From Acidobacteriota bacterium (GTDB lineage Bacteria; Acidobacteriota; Aminicenantia; Aminicenantales; Aminicenantaceae), in the NCBI GenBank assembly GCA_018894615.1, contig JAHIPL010000037.1:1-45851 (forward strand): 45,851 nucleotides of DNA, given 5' to 3'. The position numbers were made by a program, and so were the translations under genes. The notes below the pieces were generated by a model. The model did no database searches and had not been told where the DNA came from. It saw only the letters and a list, made by a program, of their open reading frames with translations. The stretch's first letter is position 1. Each line of letters begins with the position of its first letter. This document shows positions 44,352 through 45,851 of this stretch, one piece after another.

Positions 44352-45851
44352 ATGACAACCCCGAATGAATCGGGATGGAAAAGATCCCTGTACTGCGGGG
44401 AACTGAGGAAAACGTTTGTCGGCCGCCGGGTTGTCCTGTTCGGGTGGGTGAACAAGCACCGTGACATCGGCCATCTGATTTTTTTTGACCTTCGTGATCG
44501 TGAGGGGATGGTTCAGATCGTCTGCACATCGGACAACCGCGAGGTTCTGACAACGGCCAAAAAACTGCGAATGGAAGATGTCGTCGGAATCAAAGGCTTC
44601 GTCAAGGAGCGGGACGAGAAGGACAAAAACGCCCAGCTGCCGACCGGAGAGGTGGAAATCACGGTGGAGGAGATCCGCCTGTTCAATGCGTCCGACGTGC
44701 CGCCCTTTCAAATCGGAGATCCGTCCTCGGCTTCGGAAGAGCTGCGCCTCAAATACAGGTATCTGGACCTGAGGCGGCCCTCCATGCAGAACAACCTCCG
44801 CCTTCGCCATCGAGCCTCCATGTGTGTCCGTAATTTTTTTGACAGACATGGATTTTTTGAAATCGAGACACCTTTTCTGACCAAATCAACACCCGAAGGG
44901 GCGCGGGACTATCTTGTGCCGAGCCGGATTTATAAAGGGCGGTTTTTTGCGCTGCCCCAGTCTCCACAGCTGTTTAAGCAGTTGACCATGATCTCCGGGT
45001 TTGATCGCTATTATCAGATTGTGCGCTGCTTCCGGGATGAGGATCAGCGGGCGGACAGACAGCCTGAATTCACCCAAATCGATGTCGAAATGAGCTTTCC
45101 CGACCAGGAGGAGTTTTTTGACCTGAACGAACGGCTGATGGAAGAGATGTTCGCACTGGCGGACATTCCGGTCAAGCGGCCCTTTCTGCGGATGACTTAT
45201 GAAGAGAGCATGGAAAGGTATGGAACGGACAGGCCCGATCTGCGATTCGGCATGGAGCTGACGGACCTGACGGAACAGGGACGGAGCGTGCAGTCCAGGA
45301 TCATTGAAGGCGCCCTTGCCGAAGGATCCCGGCTGAAGGGACTGGTGGTGCCGGAGGCGGGCGGCATGTCCCGCGGTCAGCTGGACAGGCTGAATGACGA
45401 AGTGAAGGCAAGCGGAGGGAAGGGAATCATCTGGATCAAGCGCACCGACGGGTTCAAATCGTCACTCAAGCTGGAGGAGGAGGATTTCCTCAAACTCTGG
45501 AACAAAAGCGCCGCGCAGTCAAACGACCTCCTGCTGCTGGTCGCGGATGAAAAGAACAGGGCCTCATACATCCTCGGCGACCTTCGTCTTCGGCTCCGGC
45601 CGGAAGGGCCGGCGAAGGAAAGCGCCCATATATTTGTCTGGATCACCGATTTCCCGATGTTTGAATGGAGCGCGGAGGACAACCGGTTGACGGCCATGCA
45701 CCACCCTTTCACGTCACCGCTGGAAGAGGATCTTCCTCTGCTGGATGGCCATCCGCTTCAGGTCCGGGCGAACGCGTATGACCTGGTATTGAACGGAACG
45801 GAGTTGGGGGGAGGGTCCGTCCGCATCCACGGCCCGGGCCTTCAAAAGAGG
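44352..45851 (+). CDS. aspS: Aspartate--tRNA ligase, 3'-truncated by the window edge (absent from the ORF track)
   Basis: Hand translation from ATG 44352: CGELR, GWV..RD.G.LIF.DLRD, TGEVEI, RLKYRYLDLRR, STPEGARDYLVP, ALPQSPQLFKQ, CFRDED.RADRQPEFTQ, HHPFT, YDLVLNG.ELGGGS.RIH. Confidence 0.97.
   Translation, partial: MTTPNESGWKRSLYCGELRKTFVGRRVVLFGWVNKHRDIGHLIFFDLRDREGMVQIVCTSDNREVLTTAKKLRMEDVVGIKGFVKERDEKDKNAQLPTGEVEITVEEIRLFNASDVPPFQIGDPSSASEELRLKYRYLDLRRPSMQNNLRLRHRASMCVRNFFDRHGFFEIETPFLTKSTPEGARDYLVPSRIYKGRFFALPQSPQLFKQLTMISGFDRYYQIVRCFRDEDQRADRQPEFTQIDVEMSFPDQEEFFDLNERLMEEMFALADIPVKRPFLRMTYEESMERYGTDRPDLRFGMELTDLTEQGRSVQSRIIEGALAEGSRLKGLVVPEAGGMSRGQLDRLNDEVKASGGKGIIWIKRTDGFKSSLKLEEEDFLKLWNKSAAQSNDLLLLVADEKNRASYILGDLRLRLRPEGPAKESAHIFVWITDFPMFEWSAEDNRLTAMHHPFTSPLEEDLPLLDGHPLQVRANAYDLVLNGTELGGGSVRIHGPGLQKR

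Noticed and set aside
44352-44650. Calling AspRS discriminating from HRDIGH (no His at the non-discriminating position), or GluRS specificity from its anticodon domain
   Set aside because: These single-residue signatures have known exceptions; the call needs genome-wide asnS/glnS/gatCAB content and a proper alignment.
1-45851. CRISPR arrays, IS/transposases, integrase or prophage at tRNA-Gln, toxin-antitoxin or defence systems
   Set aside because: No repeat-spacer periodicity or mobile-element genes were seen; tRNA-Gln is followed directly by prs; the PIN protein is the housekeeping YacL type.

Overview
Core chromosomal window of a diderm (LPS-making), probably anaerobic bacterium. The DnaA 'GGKHHTT' signature and the gene content suggest Acidobacteriota, possibly Aminicenantia; this is inference and was not searched. 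The window appears to span the replication origin, with DnaA boxes upstream of dnaA and an AT-rich tract with DnaA-trio-like repeats between dnaA and dnaN. Left of the origin: partial polA, a GNAT-fold putative ceramide-synthase homologue, an rnfCDGEAB-rseC-NusG-II operon, an oppositely oriented 3-gene glycoside-catabolism cassette and apbE. Right of the origin: a TPR lipoprotein / lipoprotein / metallopeptidase-propeller-Omp85 operon, rpmB, a translationally coupled fmdB-waaF-gmhB-rel operon, two small membrane proteins (one absent from the ORF track) and a structured intergenic element. A long + strand run follows: LolB-like, ispE, tRNA-Gln, prs, rplY, pth, rpsF, rpsR, rplI, dnaB, radA, PIN/TRAM, ispD, ispF, gltX, rlmB, ECF sigma/anti-sigma, YbjQ, accA, hisS and partial aspS. 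No mobile elements or CRISPR arrays were seen. The best candidates for something undescribed are the peptidase-Omp85 envelope operon, the fused exported 3-ketoglycoside lyase, the LolB-like protein with its repeat-motif neighbour, and the 26.5-kb structured element.
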